IMG/VR virus record: IMGVR_UViG_3300049856_000052
Location: 1-52,037 of that record
DNA: 52,037 nt
Direction: 5' to 3' (one strand)
From: a virus
Lineage: Duplodnaviria > Caudoviricetes
The notes under the pieces are model-generated. The model saw nothing but the letters and a program-made list of their open reading frames with translations. It searched no databases and was not told the DNA's origin. Shown in pieces: positions 1 to 9,350 of the stretch (position 1 is the stretch's first letter; each line of letters begins with the position of its first letter). The position numbers and the translations under genes are program-made.

Positions 1-115
1 AAAGCGAAGGAGGTTTGGAGAGTGCAGAGTTTAGAAAGCTGTGGCAAGATAGTGAAGACATTAAAAACCGTAATGGTAATATGCCGCCGAAGGGTCCAGA
101 TAAGAAGTTCCAAGC
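1..115 (+). repeat. 115-bp exact direct repeat, copy 1 (copy 2 at 49786-49900)
   Basis: Direct base-by-base comparison; the copies diverge after ...aagttccaagc. Confidence 0.97.
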
Positions 116-3062
116 CGTTGATGACCAAACACAAACTCCAGCATTTAAGGAGTGGTTTGGAGATAGTAAAGTAGTGGATAAGGAAGGGAAGCCTTTGAAG
201 GTTTATCATGGAACAGACGCGGATTTTACTAAGTTTATTCAAGCTAAAGAGGGTTCTGTTGGTAAAGGTATTTACGTATCTCCAAGTTCTGAAATAGCTT
301 CTTCATATGCTTTTGAATCTGCTAATGCTGAAAAAAGAAACCAAGGTTCTAATGTTAAAGCTTTATACGTAAGTATAAAAAATCCAATTGAAGTCTCATT
401 AAAAGATTTTAATAATCCCGCAGAAGGAGTTCTTATTAAGCTTGGTTATACAAAAGAAAAGGCTAACGCTATTGCCGAAAAAGCTTTAGAAACTAAAGGA
501 AATATAACCAATGAAATTCAAGCTAAAGCTATAGCTGCTGGGTTTGATGGAATTCATATTTTAGAGAAAGATGGAAGTCTTTTACAAGCTGTTGCCTTCA
601 AGCCAACACAAGTCAAATCCGCCACAGGTAACTCTGGTGAATTCAACCCAAAAAATCCAGACATTAGATTCCAAGATGACTCCGAAGACCCTAATGCTCT
701 TCCATTCTTGCTCCCTTCTCGTTATGACAAAGTCGCTCGCTTAGGAACTACTGGAAAAGAAGTAGCTGCTAATCTCCAGAAGTTTAATTCAGAAGCTTCC
801 ACGTTAGAAGGTAAATACGGGAATAAGATTGTAGCGCATTTGAATGGATATGATAAGGATGAAATTGCGAACGCCTATAAATTCCGGCACGCAATTAGCA
901 ATGGAATCGAACCTACTAATACTCTCACTGCAAACGAGCAGAAACTAAAGAGTGCCCTCGATGCTGAATTCAAAGTTGTTGGTGAAGACATCATAGCTTC
1001 TGGTCTTGAGATTAAAGATTCAGATGACTTCCGCAAGATGCAATTGAAACCAGAAGGTTATCAACCTAACATCATTTCGCAGAAAGTTCTTCATGCTTGG
1101 CAAGAAAATACTGTTGATGCTCCCAAGTATGACAAGCTTTATGTAGATTACATGGAGAAGAAAGGCTTAACTAAAGAGGCCGCAGCTAAGCAACTTCAAG
1201 AGTATAAAGAAGCGGTGGGTAATGCTGGCGTTACTCCTGACATTAGGTTCAATGCTGTTCGCAAAGCAGAAGGTAAAGGTCTTCCGTTTGAACTTGTAGA
1301 ACAGAATCCAGCATTAGCTTTCAAACGCTATGGGCGACGCGCAGCAAGTGATGTAGCTTTTCATAAGTTCTTACAAGCAGACCCTCGCATGATGAAGGCT
1401 CTTGGTTTGAAGGACCAATATGGAAAAGCATTTACTGATTTGGACGCTGCTACTCAAGACAAAGCTAAGGATGTAACTTGGATTGGAAACTCTACTGAAG
1501 TTAAGAGCGCACTCAGAACGGTGTTCGGAGTTGATGCTCCAATGAATCAACGTGGTAACGCTTTTCTTCGAGCAGTTGTTAATAGTGTGATTGGAACTCC
1601 CGCAGCTATTCGTAACATAGCAGGATTAGGAACTTCCTATGCTGGTTATTATGGAGTAACTCCTAGCACTCTGAAAGAAGCTTTTGTGAAGAGAGCGGAG
1701 AGAGCTTCCAGAGCATTTGAATCTAATGCTGTGAGGACGTCCTTCAAAGACATTGATGCAGCAGGAATTATTGAAGGTAATCCTGATAGGTTTGTAGAAC
1801 TAGCTGACAAGTATTCTGCTTTCATGAGAAAGTGGTCAGGACGAGATTTGTCAGATAAGTTTGAAGGAGAACTTAGTTATTCTCTTGGGGAGACACTAGC
1901 TACTCAATGGTTTGCACAAGCTAAAGCTGGCGACATTAAAGCTCGTCGAATGTTGAATCGCTTTGGAGGAAACATTAAAGGTGGAGTGAAAGAAAAGTTT
2001 AATGTTAAAACAGAAGTCTCTGGAGATGATGTAATGCGCGTCGCCAAGAATTTTGTAGACGCTACTCGTGGTAGCTACTCTGCTGGTGGATTACCTTCTA
2101 GTGCTATCGAAGGCGGCGCGGCTCCAATGCTGTCCCTCGCTCGCTGGTCTATTGAGAAGTTCGATACCTTCCAAAAGGATATTGTTCGCCCAATTACTGA
2201 ACATGGAGATTGGGCACCTCTTGCTAAAACTACTTTTGCTGGACTTCTTACTGGAGCAGCCATTGAGAAACTTACTGAATTCCTAAGCCACAAGAAAAGC
2301 CCTGATGCTACTCTCGAAGAGACTTGGGCTAATCCTGATGTTGAGAACATTACCGCAAAAGTTATTGGCCTCCTACAGTTAGGAGGTTATGGTGGCATGT
2401 TGTCAGAGATGGCGAAAGCAGGAGTAGCAACGCTTCAAGGCAAAGACTTGAAGTTTAATAATCCTGTTTCGATGCCGGCACTCAGCTTAGTTGAGAGTAT
2501 ATTTCAGAATACCGCTCATGGATTAGAAGCCGCGCAACAAGGAGAAGAGAAGTTGGAAATTCTCTCTCACTTTATTGGGGACATTCTCACTGCTACTTAT
2601 CAGAACTATCGCTATGGAAAGAATTGGGTGGATAAAGAAGGAACGGAGAGGAAGGGGAAGTTTCGAGACATTCGAGTCTACAACGAACTTAATCATGAAC
2701 CAGCACAAGGTGGTTCAGATAGCAATCCTTATTTAGGATTTGCTGCTCGTGACTTCAAACGTGCATCGAGTTTAGAAGATGCCGCCTCTAAGCTCCCTCG
2801 GGCATTAGAGACGGCAGTGAAGAAGGCTAAGGGGAATTATGGGGAGTTAGCGAGTAATGTTGAGGGATTGAGGAGAAACTCATATCAAACGTTTCCTAGT
2901 GACCCAATGGAAGCAGCTAAGTATTATCAATACTTAATTAAAACTATCGGGGTTGACAAGGCTAACATGAGATATGCTGATTACTTAAAGCAAAACAAAG
3001 TAAATCAGATAAAGAATACTATGGTTCCTAAGTTAAAGAAACCATATTCTAATCGAGACTAA
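3..3062 (+). CDS. Polyvalent/internal virion protein, C-terminal part (open at left edge): ADP-ribosyltransferase-like domain followed by a long helical C-terminal region
   Basis: Frame is open from base 3. FKEWFGDSKVVD..G.PL.VYHGT, GIYVS, Y..IKNP, GFDGI and QVKSATGN.G.F match the ART domain of polyvalent proteins. Bases 1-115 are identical to 49786-49900 inside the giant ORF. Confidence 0.8.
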   Translation, partial: SEGGLESAEFRKLWQDSEDIKNRNGNMPPKGPDKKFQAVDDQTQTPAFKEWFGDSKVVDKEGKPLKVYHGTDADFTKFIQAKEGSVGKGIYVSPSSEIASSYAFESANAEKRNQGSNVKALYVSIKNPIEVSLKDFNNPAEGVLIKLGYTKEKANAIAEKALETKGNITNEIQAKAIAAGFDGIHILEKDGSLLQAVAFKPTQVKSATGNSGEFNPKNPDIRFQDDSEDPNALPFLLPSRYDKVARLGTTGKEVAANLQKFNSEASTLEGKYGNKIVAHLNGYDKDEIANAYKFRHAISNGIEPTNTLTANEQKLKSALDAEFKVVGEDIIASGLEIKDSDDFRKMQLKPEGYQPNIISQKVLHAWQENTVDAPKYDKLYVDYMEKKGLTKEAAAKQLQEYKEAVGNAGVTPDIRFNAVRKAEGKGLPFELVEQNPALAFKRYGRRAASDVAFHKFLQADPRMMKALGLKDQYGKAFTDLDAATQDKAKDVTWIGNSTEVKSALRTVFGVDAPMNQRGNAFLRAVVNSVIGTPAAIRNIAGLGTSYAGYYGVTPSTLKEAFVKRAERASRAFESNAVRTSFKDIDAAGIIEGNPDRFVELADKYSAFMRKWSGRDLSDKFEGELSYSLGETLATQWFAQAKAGDIKARRMLNRFGGNIKGGVKEKFNVKTEVSGDDVMRVAKNFVDATRGSYSAGGLPSSAIEGGAAPMLSLARWSIEKFDTFQKDIVRPITEHGDWAPLAKTTFAGLLTGAAIEKLTEFLSHKKSPDATLEETWANPDVENITAKVIGLLQLGGYGGMLSEMAKAGVATLQGKDLKFNNPVSMPALSLVESIFQNTAHGLEAAQQGEEKLEILSHFIGDILTATYQNYRYGKNWVDKEGTERKGKFRDIRVYNELNHEPAQGGSDSNPYLGFAARDFKRASSLEDAASKLPRALETAVKKAKGNYGELASNVEGLRRNSYQTFPSDPMEAAKYYQYLIKTIGVDKANMRYADYLKQNKVNQIKNTMVPKLKKPYSNRD

Positions 3063-3537
3063 GTGCTCTAACAATGTTAGCTTCGGTGTAGGAGGGGGAT
3101 TTAATAATCTTACCCTCCTTATTTTTTACTACCCATGCTGCCTTAGACAAGCGCGTCGCGGTATGCTCATCACCTTCTATCGGTAGAGGAGAGTTGTATT
3201 GATAAATCTCTTGAGCATCTCTGTTCAAGAGAGTAGAAACTTCATGAGACTTCCAGAGCTTACTCATATTAGAAGCATGGACTTCATTGAAAACTCTTCC
3301 AATGTCCATGCCACAAGAACAAGCAGTTCCGTAGATGACATAAAGAAGGTCAGCGAGAGCATCGGCGACCTCGACTTTAGACTTATTTACAAAAGCTTCT
3401 TGTAGTTCATTAAACTCTTCCTCAATTAGATTGAGTCGCAAGTTAACTTCTTCATCAGGAGGGATGCAAGGTTTAGCTCTGACCACTTGGTCAAAGGCTT
3501 GCATGAATAAGGTGACAGCAGTTTGTTCAGCGTTCAT
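3049..3537 (-). CDS. MazG-like NTP pyrophosphohydrolase
   Basis: EEEFNELQEA...EVADALADLLYVIYG and VHASNMSK motifs. Start moved to the internal Met (MNAEQ) to reduce overlap. Confidence 0.85.
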   Translation of the reverse strand: MNAEQTAVTLFMQAFDQVVRAKPCIPPDEEVNLRLNLIEEEFNELQEAFVNKSKVEVADALADLLYVIYGTACSCGMDIGRVFNEVHASNMSKLWKSHEVSTLLNRDAQEIYQYNSPLPIEGDEHTATRLSKAAWVVKNKEGKIIKSPSYTEANIVRALSLD

Positions 3538-3757
3538 AAATAGTAGAGTTATTAACAATCTTGAATTCAATTACAGTGATGTTAGGGAATCTATCAGCAA
3601 GAGCTTTCACAAACTCTTCTTCAGGAAGTTCTGGATTCTGAATAAAGATAGCGTAGTTTTCGATGTCGAAACTTTCGTTGTTGTTAGTGCTTGTGAATGT
3701 AATAACACAATCGAACTCACGGAACTCACTGTAAATTTTCTTTAATGTTGCGTTCAT
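3527..3757 (-). CDS. Hypothetical protein
   Basis: ATGA overlap with the upstream gene; fills the operon. Confidence 0.6.
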   Translation of the reverse strand: MNATLKKIYSEFREFDCVITFTSTNNNESFDIENYAIFIQNPELPEEEFVKALADRFPNITVIEFKIVNNSTIYER

Positions 3758-5094
3758 TTGATTACTTTGAATCGGAATTTACCGTTTATTATTTCTTGTT
3801 TAACTTTCCCTGTTGAAGTCAAGTATTCACAGAGAGATTCTAGTTCTACTGGCGTGGTAATATCAGAGAAGAACTTAGCCCAGATTTCAGCTTTGTCCAT
3901 CGGCTTCTCTTCAAGAGCTTTCAATACTTTATCCGCAACATTACGAAGAGGGTTGCGCGACGCCGTGCTCAAAGCTAAGTGCATAGATAGTTCTATGCTG
4001 TCTAGTAGAGCTACAGCTTTCTCACAAGTATTGTGATTTATTACCATGTCAGTTGTTTCTGAAAAGTGCATTGCTGTTATCAGCTTTTGGATATGAATGT
4101 TCTTTCGAGAGTAGTAGTAAATTAACTTTGAGTCGTTGTTAGTTTTAGCTCTCTGTTCTCCTAACACGTCTTCAATGTAATACTTCATGAAGGCATGTGC
4201 GTCAGGAGAATAAGATACTTTTCCAAATAGTTTTCCAAGATTTCCTAAGTGGTCAACGACTTGTTTCTTAGCTAAGAATTGACTCTCATCCATGCTAGAA
4301 ACGTCGAAGCGATAGAACCTATTCTTCTCTGCATATACGAATAAGACCCGCGACGCAAAACCATCATTAAGAAGTCTGTCATTGAATGTCTCCTTCATGA
4401 AAGATGGAGTAGTCCCTGCAACAAGGTTTAAGCAAGAGTTAATTACCCTGTCAGAACCTCTTCCAATCGTAGTGTATTTATAGTCTTTGCAGTCGAACGC
4501 TGTGATTAAGTATTGAACTACGTCTTCTGTGTGCTTTCTAAACAGTGAGGAGATTTCTTCCAAGACGAAGCTCAAGCTAGAGTGAGTATAGAGTCCTGAT
4601 TTAAGAAGCTTACTATTTTTATCCACTTCTGGAAAGATACTCCGAAGGCTTTGTGAATGAGTCTTTACGAGAGCTTCATAAGTAATAGCATTAGAAGCGA
4701 GAGGAAACATTAGAGGCTCCTCCATGCTTGTCATCTTCTTAAAGTTACCGTTAGGTTCCTTTCCATTAGAAGTTTCCATCTCAGCAATAAGAGCCGCCAA
4801 AGCATCGGCTTGTTCTTGCGTAGTAGAAGAAGCATCTGGCTTCTTAATCTGCATCTTTAAGAGTTTGTGTGTTCGCAAAGCTCCTACGATTGGGTCAAGT
4901 GCAATACCTTTGCCTACACCGGGGTCACCAATCAAGATGATATACATGTTTGGAAACAGCGGTCGTTCATCTGAACCAAGATATACGCGTCGCTGAAGAG
5001 CGGCGGCTATCATTGAGTAGTAAGACATCGTGATGAAAGAGGTTGGCGCAATCGCGTCTTTCATGTAATGATGCCAAGAGTCGAAGTTTGTCAA
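3754..5094 (-). CDS. DUF3987-like P-loop NTPase, putative replicative helicase
   Basis: Walker A GDPGVGKG, Walker B-like FVLEE, GTTP and GFASRVLFV; lies next to the DNA polymerase genes. Confidence 0.7.
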   Translation of the reverse strand: MTNFDSWHHYMKDAIAPTSFITMSYYSMIAAALQRRVYLGSDERPLFPNMYIILIGDPGVGKGIALDPIVGALRTHKLLKMQIKKPDASSTTQEQADALAALIAEMETSNGKEPNGNFKKMTSMEEPLMFPLASNAITYEALVKTHSQSLRSIFPEVDKNSKLLKSGLYTHSSLSFVLEEISSLFRKHTEDVVQYLITAFDCKDYKYTTIGRGSDRVINSCLNLVAGTTPSFMKETFNDRLLNDGFASRVLFVYAEKNRFYRFDVSSMDESQFLAKKQVVDHLGNLGKLFGKVSYSPDAHAFMKYYIEDVLGEQRAKTNNDSKLIYYYSRKNIHIQKLITAMHFSETTDMVINHNTCEKAVALLDSIELSMHLALSTASRNPLRNVADKVLKALEEKPMDKAEIWAKFFSDITTPVELESLCEYLTSTGKVKQEIINGKFRFKVIK

Positions 5095-6071
5095 AGTATA
5101 ATCTCCTTCATCCCATCTGGATTATTTTGTTCATCCCACTTTCCCCAATTCTTTCCAATGCTCACTTCTGTCTTCATCTGAAAGTGTTCTCCACTAGAGG
5201 ACACAAGTTTGACGCTCATAATATCTGACAGCGTCTTAGCTGCTTCTAGGGATTCTGCTTCGGAAGATTGTATCAACACTGAATCATGTTTGTTGTTCAA
5301 AACATCCCATTGTTTATTGTTAAGTTCTACAAACATTTGCATGTCTGAAAATCCATTAGCTCCAATAACTCCCACTGTTGATTGCGGAACCCAAGCTACT
5401 CCTTCTCTGATAATTTTGTCTGTGATATGAGAACCAAAGTGCATAGGAAATCCATAAAGATTTCTTAGTGTTCTTGTGCTACGAATAGTCTCTTCTGTTT
5501 TCTTTTGCCACTCTTTAATTTCTGGGAAGAGAGCATGATAAATTCCTTCAAAGAATTCTGACTGAGCTAGGCTTAGAGCTACTTTTCCTTCTGTCTCTTT
5601 AAGAACATCAAACCTAAACGATGCCGCCGTCTTGCAATAGTTAAATGAGTGGCAAGTCTTTTTACCAATGAAGTATCTCTCTTGAGAATTCTTGATTATC
5701 TTGCTGAGTTTCTTCCACTCAGGGTGAATAGCTAACTCAGGTATCGGGAGTGAACAAAGGTTCGCTATGTCATAAGGCTGTTCTTTTTTCCACTCGGCGG
5801 CGAACAGATTCATAGCTACAAAAGTATGAGGCTTAATCCCATTCTGAAATAGACTCCTGAATCTTCCTTCTCTACATTCCCAAGCAACAATTAGTGCTTC
5901 TGCTCCCGCACAATCCACTTGAATAAAGACTTTGTCGTCGTCAGGAATATAGATTTTGCAGATGTCATCAGAAGGATTCTGAAGGTTAGAACCAATACTA
6001 CCAATTAACATTCCAGACTTGTTTCTGAACGTTTTAGTTCCACCGGGACTCCAATGACAGGTGTTTCTCAT
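5091..6071 (-). CDS. polA: Family A DNA polymerase, palm/fingers subunit of a split gene
   Basis: NLQN, motif A (VDCAGAE), motif B (RYFIGKKTCHSFNY) and motif C (KHDSVL). ATG at 6071 overlaps the upstream TGA (ATGA). Confidence 0.9.
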   Translation of the reverse strand: MRNTCHWSPGGTKTFRNKSGMLIGSIGSNLQNPSDDICKIYIPDDDKVFIQVDCAGAEALIVAWECREGRFRSLFQNGIKPHTFVAMNLFAAEWKKEQPYDIANLCSLPIPELAIHPEWKKLSKIIKNSQERYFIGKKTCHSFNYCKTAASFRFDVLKETEGKVALSLAQSEFFEGIYHALFPEIKEWQKKTEETIRSTRTLRNLYGFPMHFGSHITDKIIREGVAWVPQSTVGVIGANGFSDMQMFVELNNKQWDVLNNKHDSVLIQSSEAESLEAAKTLSDIMSVKLVSSSGEHFQMKTEVSIGKNWGKWDEQNNPDGMKEIIL

Positions 6072-7564
6072 ATTGTTTTCCAAGGGGTAAACCCTAAACT
6101 ACCTGTTTCTTTTTTACGTTGCCTGTATTTAATGCAGAAATCTATCGCGACATTGAACGGAAACTTCTGCTTTAGTTTAAGCAATTCTATTTCCCCGAGA
6201 GAAGGTTCTTCTGTCTTCTTACTTCTTCCTACGATTGGATAGTTAAGTGCATCATGGAAATACCTAACGCATGACTTAGAAGATGTAGCAAGCAATTCCA
6301 TTTCAGGACCAACTAAGTAGTTCAACGCTCTTTGATAACCATTCATCAACTTATCGTTATCAGCAATCATCTTCTGCCGCTTACTCTCATCGAACTTCAT
6401 ACCAAGTAATGTGTTCAGTAGAAATGGATAGATACTTCTATTGCTCTGGTCGATAGACTCTCGCAATCCTTTAATATCATCCGCATAACTAAGCTGCGCC
6501 GCGCGTATCCATTTCATGGCTGCGACATCTTTAGCATTGTAGGACCATAGTTGTTTCTCTTGATGTAAATTCTGCGGCTCAAAGATTCCTTCATCTTTAT
6601 GAAATGGTTCCCAGATAGAAGGCCAAATACTTAGACAATGCCCTAAACTTTTTTCCGCTTCTGGGAAGCAGCGATGTTGACTAAGCATTGTATCATAGAT
6701 ATTCCATGTAAAGGGGAGTGAGTATTTAGTTGAGAGAACATACAAGTCGAACATACTATTATGAACAACAGTCGTATTATTCATGATAGCTTTTGCTAAT
6801 GCTCTGAAAAGCCTGAATGTTGAATCTCCGTAAGCTAGTGCATAATCATATCGTAAGACTGGAACAGTATAAACAGGAGTATCCCCCTCAAAACTAAAAC
6901 CAAAGCATAACATATTTTGGTTGGAATCGGTTTCAATATCCAAGTAGAAATTACTACCTTTAGTTTCTTCAAGGACTTTGAGAACAGCGTGCAGTTGCGG
7001 GTAGATGTCAATATCATATACATGGGACTTCGTCCTGTTAGCATCTTCCATTCCATACAATATCTTCTTAACATCTTTTGCTAAGAAGAACCTAAAGTTA
7101 GCGCGGCGCGTTTTACCGTGTCTCTTCTTAGTATTAACTTCATCTTCCCCTCCACCTTCCCTCTCTTCATCCTTAGAGGTAAGAGCAGAGTTAAACTTAG
7201 ATTCATAGTCTTGTGGGTCGATAGCATCTTGAGGGCTATAAGAACAGATAACAGGAACTCCAAACTTATTTCTTAGAGGAGTTCCTCTTAGCTCATTGAT
7301 TGAATACTCTGAGTAACCATCTGCCCACTCATGCAATGACCGCTCCCCCAACAAGAGAATAGCTTTTGTGTTTGGCAAAAGACCTGCTCCTAAAGTGTCA
7401 GCAGTTCTAATGTCACAACGCCATCGACTTGTTAGAGAAGCTAAACAATCTTGATTAAAGAATACTCCTGCGTATCCAGACAAGAGCGTAGTTAAGTCTT
7501 GCCTACTTGGTTGCGACAAGACTATGGTAAGCCCGCAGTATTCTTTAGAAGGAAGATGTCTCAT
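6068..7564 (-). CDS. Family A DNA polymerase, N-terminal subunit: degenerate UDG-like domain, 3'-5' exonuclease and thumb
   Basis: Exo I DIETD, Exo II HNSMFD, YDTML, Exo III YNAKD and thumb GMKFD. The N-terminus has family-4 UDG-like elements (ILLLG, LRG, ICSYSP). Confidence 0.85.
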   Translation of the reverse strand: MRHLPSKEYCGLTIVLSQPSRQDLTTLLSGYAGVFFNQDCLASLTSRWRCDIRTADTLGAGLLPNTKAILLLGERSLHEWADGYSEYSINELRGTPLRNKFGVPVICSYSPQDAIDPQDYESKFNSALTSKDEEREGGGEDEVNTKKRHGKTRRANFRFFLAKDVKKILYGMEDANRTKSHVYDIDIYPQLHAVLKVLEETKGSNFYLDIETDSNQNMLCFGFSFEGDTPVYTVPVLRYDYALAYGDSTFRLFRALAKAIMNNTTVVHNSMFDLYVLSTKYSLPFTWNIYDTMLSQHRCFPEAEKSLGHCLSIWPSIWEPFHKDEGIFEPQNLHQEKQLWSYNAKDVAAMKWIRAAQLSYADDIKGLRESIDQSNRSIYPFLLNTLLGMKFDESKRQKMIADNDKLMNGYQRALNYLVGPEMELLATSSKSCVRYFHDALNYPIVGRSKKTEEPSLGEIELLKLKQKFPFNVAIDFCIKYRQRKKETGSLGFTPWKTI

Positions 7565-7767
7565 GGAAGTTCTAATACTTTAGCAATCTTCTCTGATTCT
7601 TTTCTTCCGGGGCCAAAGAAATTATAGTGTTGCATAAGCACAATATCTTTCTGCTCAATAGCAATCAACAGAATCTCAATAAGATGAGTGTTATCTGTTG
7701 GAACTGGAAGACTTGCCGAACGCATAATTGCACGATTCAATACTTTTTGTTGGTATGGAGTTTTCAT
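7561..7767 (-). CDS. Hypothetical protein
   Basis: ORF with 4-bp overlaps to both neighbours. Confidence 0.6.
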   Translation of the reverse strand: MKTPYQQKVLNRAIMRSASLPVPTDNTHLIEILLIAIEQKDIVLMQHYNFFGPGRKESEKIAKVLELP

Positions 7768-7985
7768 TTTAGTTCTTTGTTACATTTATTGCAGAGAAAT
7801 TGAACACCTGTGTAGCGAGCGTCTCGCCATGAGACTTCGTCATGGCAACAATCACAAGTCTCTAACTCTTTAGTTAAGTATTTTTTATTCTGGTAATCCT
7901 TTAAGGATAGTTCAGCGACTATAATGGGCGAAACCAAACCTTGCCACAGGTTTTGCAGGAGATTTTTAATGTTCCATCGTGCCAT
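7764..7985 (-). CDS. Small CxxC...CxxC zinc-finger-like protein (start uncertain)
   Basis: CDCC and CNKC pairs; its stop overlaps the next ATG. Confidence 0.45.
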   Translation of the reverse strand: MARWNIKNLLQNLWQGLVSPIIVAELSLKDYQNKKYLTKELETCDCCHDEVSWRDARYTGVQFLCNKCNKELK

Positions 7986-8116
7986 GTTTCCTCCAGTCGT
8001 TGATTGTTGTGTTTGCAGAAAAGGAAATTGTAAGCTAATCCTGAGAAAGCTTTGTAAGCTAACCATAAAAGAGTTGCGACAGCACCAATCATGAATCCTG
8101 TTAGTAAATTTTTCAT
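7919..8116 (-). CDS. Small membrane-anchored protein with CxH...CxxC
   Basis: Hydrophobic N-terminus; ATGA coupling to the upstream gene. Confidence 0.55.
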   Translation of the reverse strand: MKNLLTGFMIGAVATLLWLAYKAFSGLAYNFLFCKHNNQRLEETWHDGTLKISCKTCGKVWFRPL

Positions 8117-8670
8117 AAGTATTTTTTAATAGTAGCTTTCTGACCAGATAAAACTATGGCTTCTGAATAATAACCTTGCACTATTGAATTTGCACCAACT
8201 CTAGTATTGTCTGGTAGAATCGTGCCGCCGAGTATTACTGAGTTTCTTCCTATAAAGCAATTCTTTCCTATCGAAATAATTCCTCTATACTCAAGAGGTG
8301 TTGAGCACGGTGACGTATCTTCTTTGAAGGTGTGTTCAGTATTTTGAATGACAACATTGTCAGCAATCAATGTTCCTTCTTCAATTACTAAGAGTCCATA
8401 AGAACTAATTCTACAAAATTCTCCAACACCTACCTTAGAGTTTATTACAATACTTCCTTCTTTGTTCACCCCTAAGTGTGTATTCTTGCCTATAATTACG
8501 TCTGAACCTATGTTAATACCCTTCAAATAGCGAAGCGGCCATGAAGAAGTTCTTGCTATGTAAGTTCTTTTTCCGACACTAAGACCTAGAAATTTTAGCA
8601 CAATTATTTTATCGAGAGTCAAAACTCTTCGAATAAATGTTTGGTGCTTAGCAAGAAAAGAAAGTATCAT
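8113..8670 (-). CDS. Hexapeptide-repeat (left-handed beta-helix) O-acyltransferase
   Basis: IG.DV.IG, IGKNCFIGRNSVILGG and VGANSIV repeats, plus the His of NTEH. Start uncertain (8670 or 8715). Confidence 0.85.
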   Translation of the reverse strand: MILSFLAKHQTFIRRVLTLDKIIVLKFLGLSVGKRTYIARTSSWPLRYLKGINIGSDVIIGKNTHLGVNKEGSIVINSKVGVGEFCRISSYGLLVIEEGTLIADNVVIQNTEHTFKEDTSPCSTPLEYRGIISIGKNCFIGRNSVILGGTILPDNTRVGANSIVQGYYSEAIVLSGQKATIKKYL

Positions 8671-8724
8671 AGAAATTGTCCCGATATTATATTGGCCGTC
8701 GGGACCAGCAGACAAATACTAAAC

Positions 8725-9282
8725 TTAGAACTGACGACCAGCAGTAGCAGTAGCGAGCTTGAGAACATCCTTCATCCCAATCATACGCCACTCCCATCCA
8801 CGGCTAATCTCATTACCGTCTGCATCCTTAATCAACTCATACGAGCCATCGGGTTTCCGACGTTGCTCTTTCCGCTCCTGAGTTTCTGCAATAACTTGGA
8901 AACACAATCCTTTGTATTGTTCCAAGTTCGGGTTTTCATCATCAATCTCTTTAGGAAGACCGAGCTTAGGATGAAGCTCATTGATGATATAGTCAAGAGA
9001 GTTAGCAGGACTCCCGTCTTTCTTGACTTCTGACAGAGACAGATACATGTTAATCTCTTTGCTGTCGAGACTATACTTGTTTCCGTCGTAGTCACTGATT
9101 ACTTCAAGTGGGTTAACAACCTCTGTCTTCCAAGTAATCTGGGGGAAACCAGAAGACTTAGAAGGACCAAAGATTGCATCCTTGATACGCAGGATAAGAG
9201 TTCCTTTGTATCCCGGCGGCACTTGACCAGTGATAGTTTGACCAGTGGGTTTAACTACGTTAGCTGCATTACGGATTGCCAT
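8725..9282 (-). CDS. Putative ssDNA-binding protein (DUF669-like)
   Basis: VPPGY...SKSSG.PQI pattern and position directly after the Sak4-like ATPase. Confidence 0.55.
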   Translation of the reverse strand: MAIRNAANVVKPTGQTITGQVPPGYKGTLILRIKDAIFGPSKSSGFPQITWKTEVVNPLEVISDYDGNKYSLDSKEINMYLSLSEVKKDGSPANSLDYIINELHPKLGLPKEIDDENPNLEQYKGLCFQVIAETQERKEQRRKPDGSYELIKDADGNEISRGWEWRMIGMKDVLKLATATAGRQF

Positions 9283-9350
9283 ATGTTTTATGTTTTATGT
9301 TTGTTGTTTTACTAAGCCTCTTCTCAACTACAATTGCTGAGAGAGGAAAT

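Noticed and set aside
6060-6095. Programmed -1 frameshift joining the polymerase halves
   Set aside because: TGG AAA ACA is not a canonical X XXY YYZ slippery site. The ATGA overlap is explained more simply by translational coupling, though a frameshift is not fully excluded.
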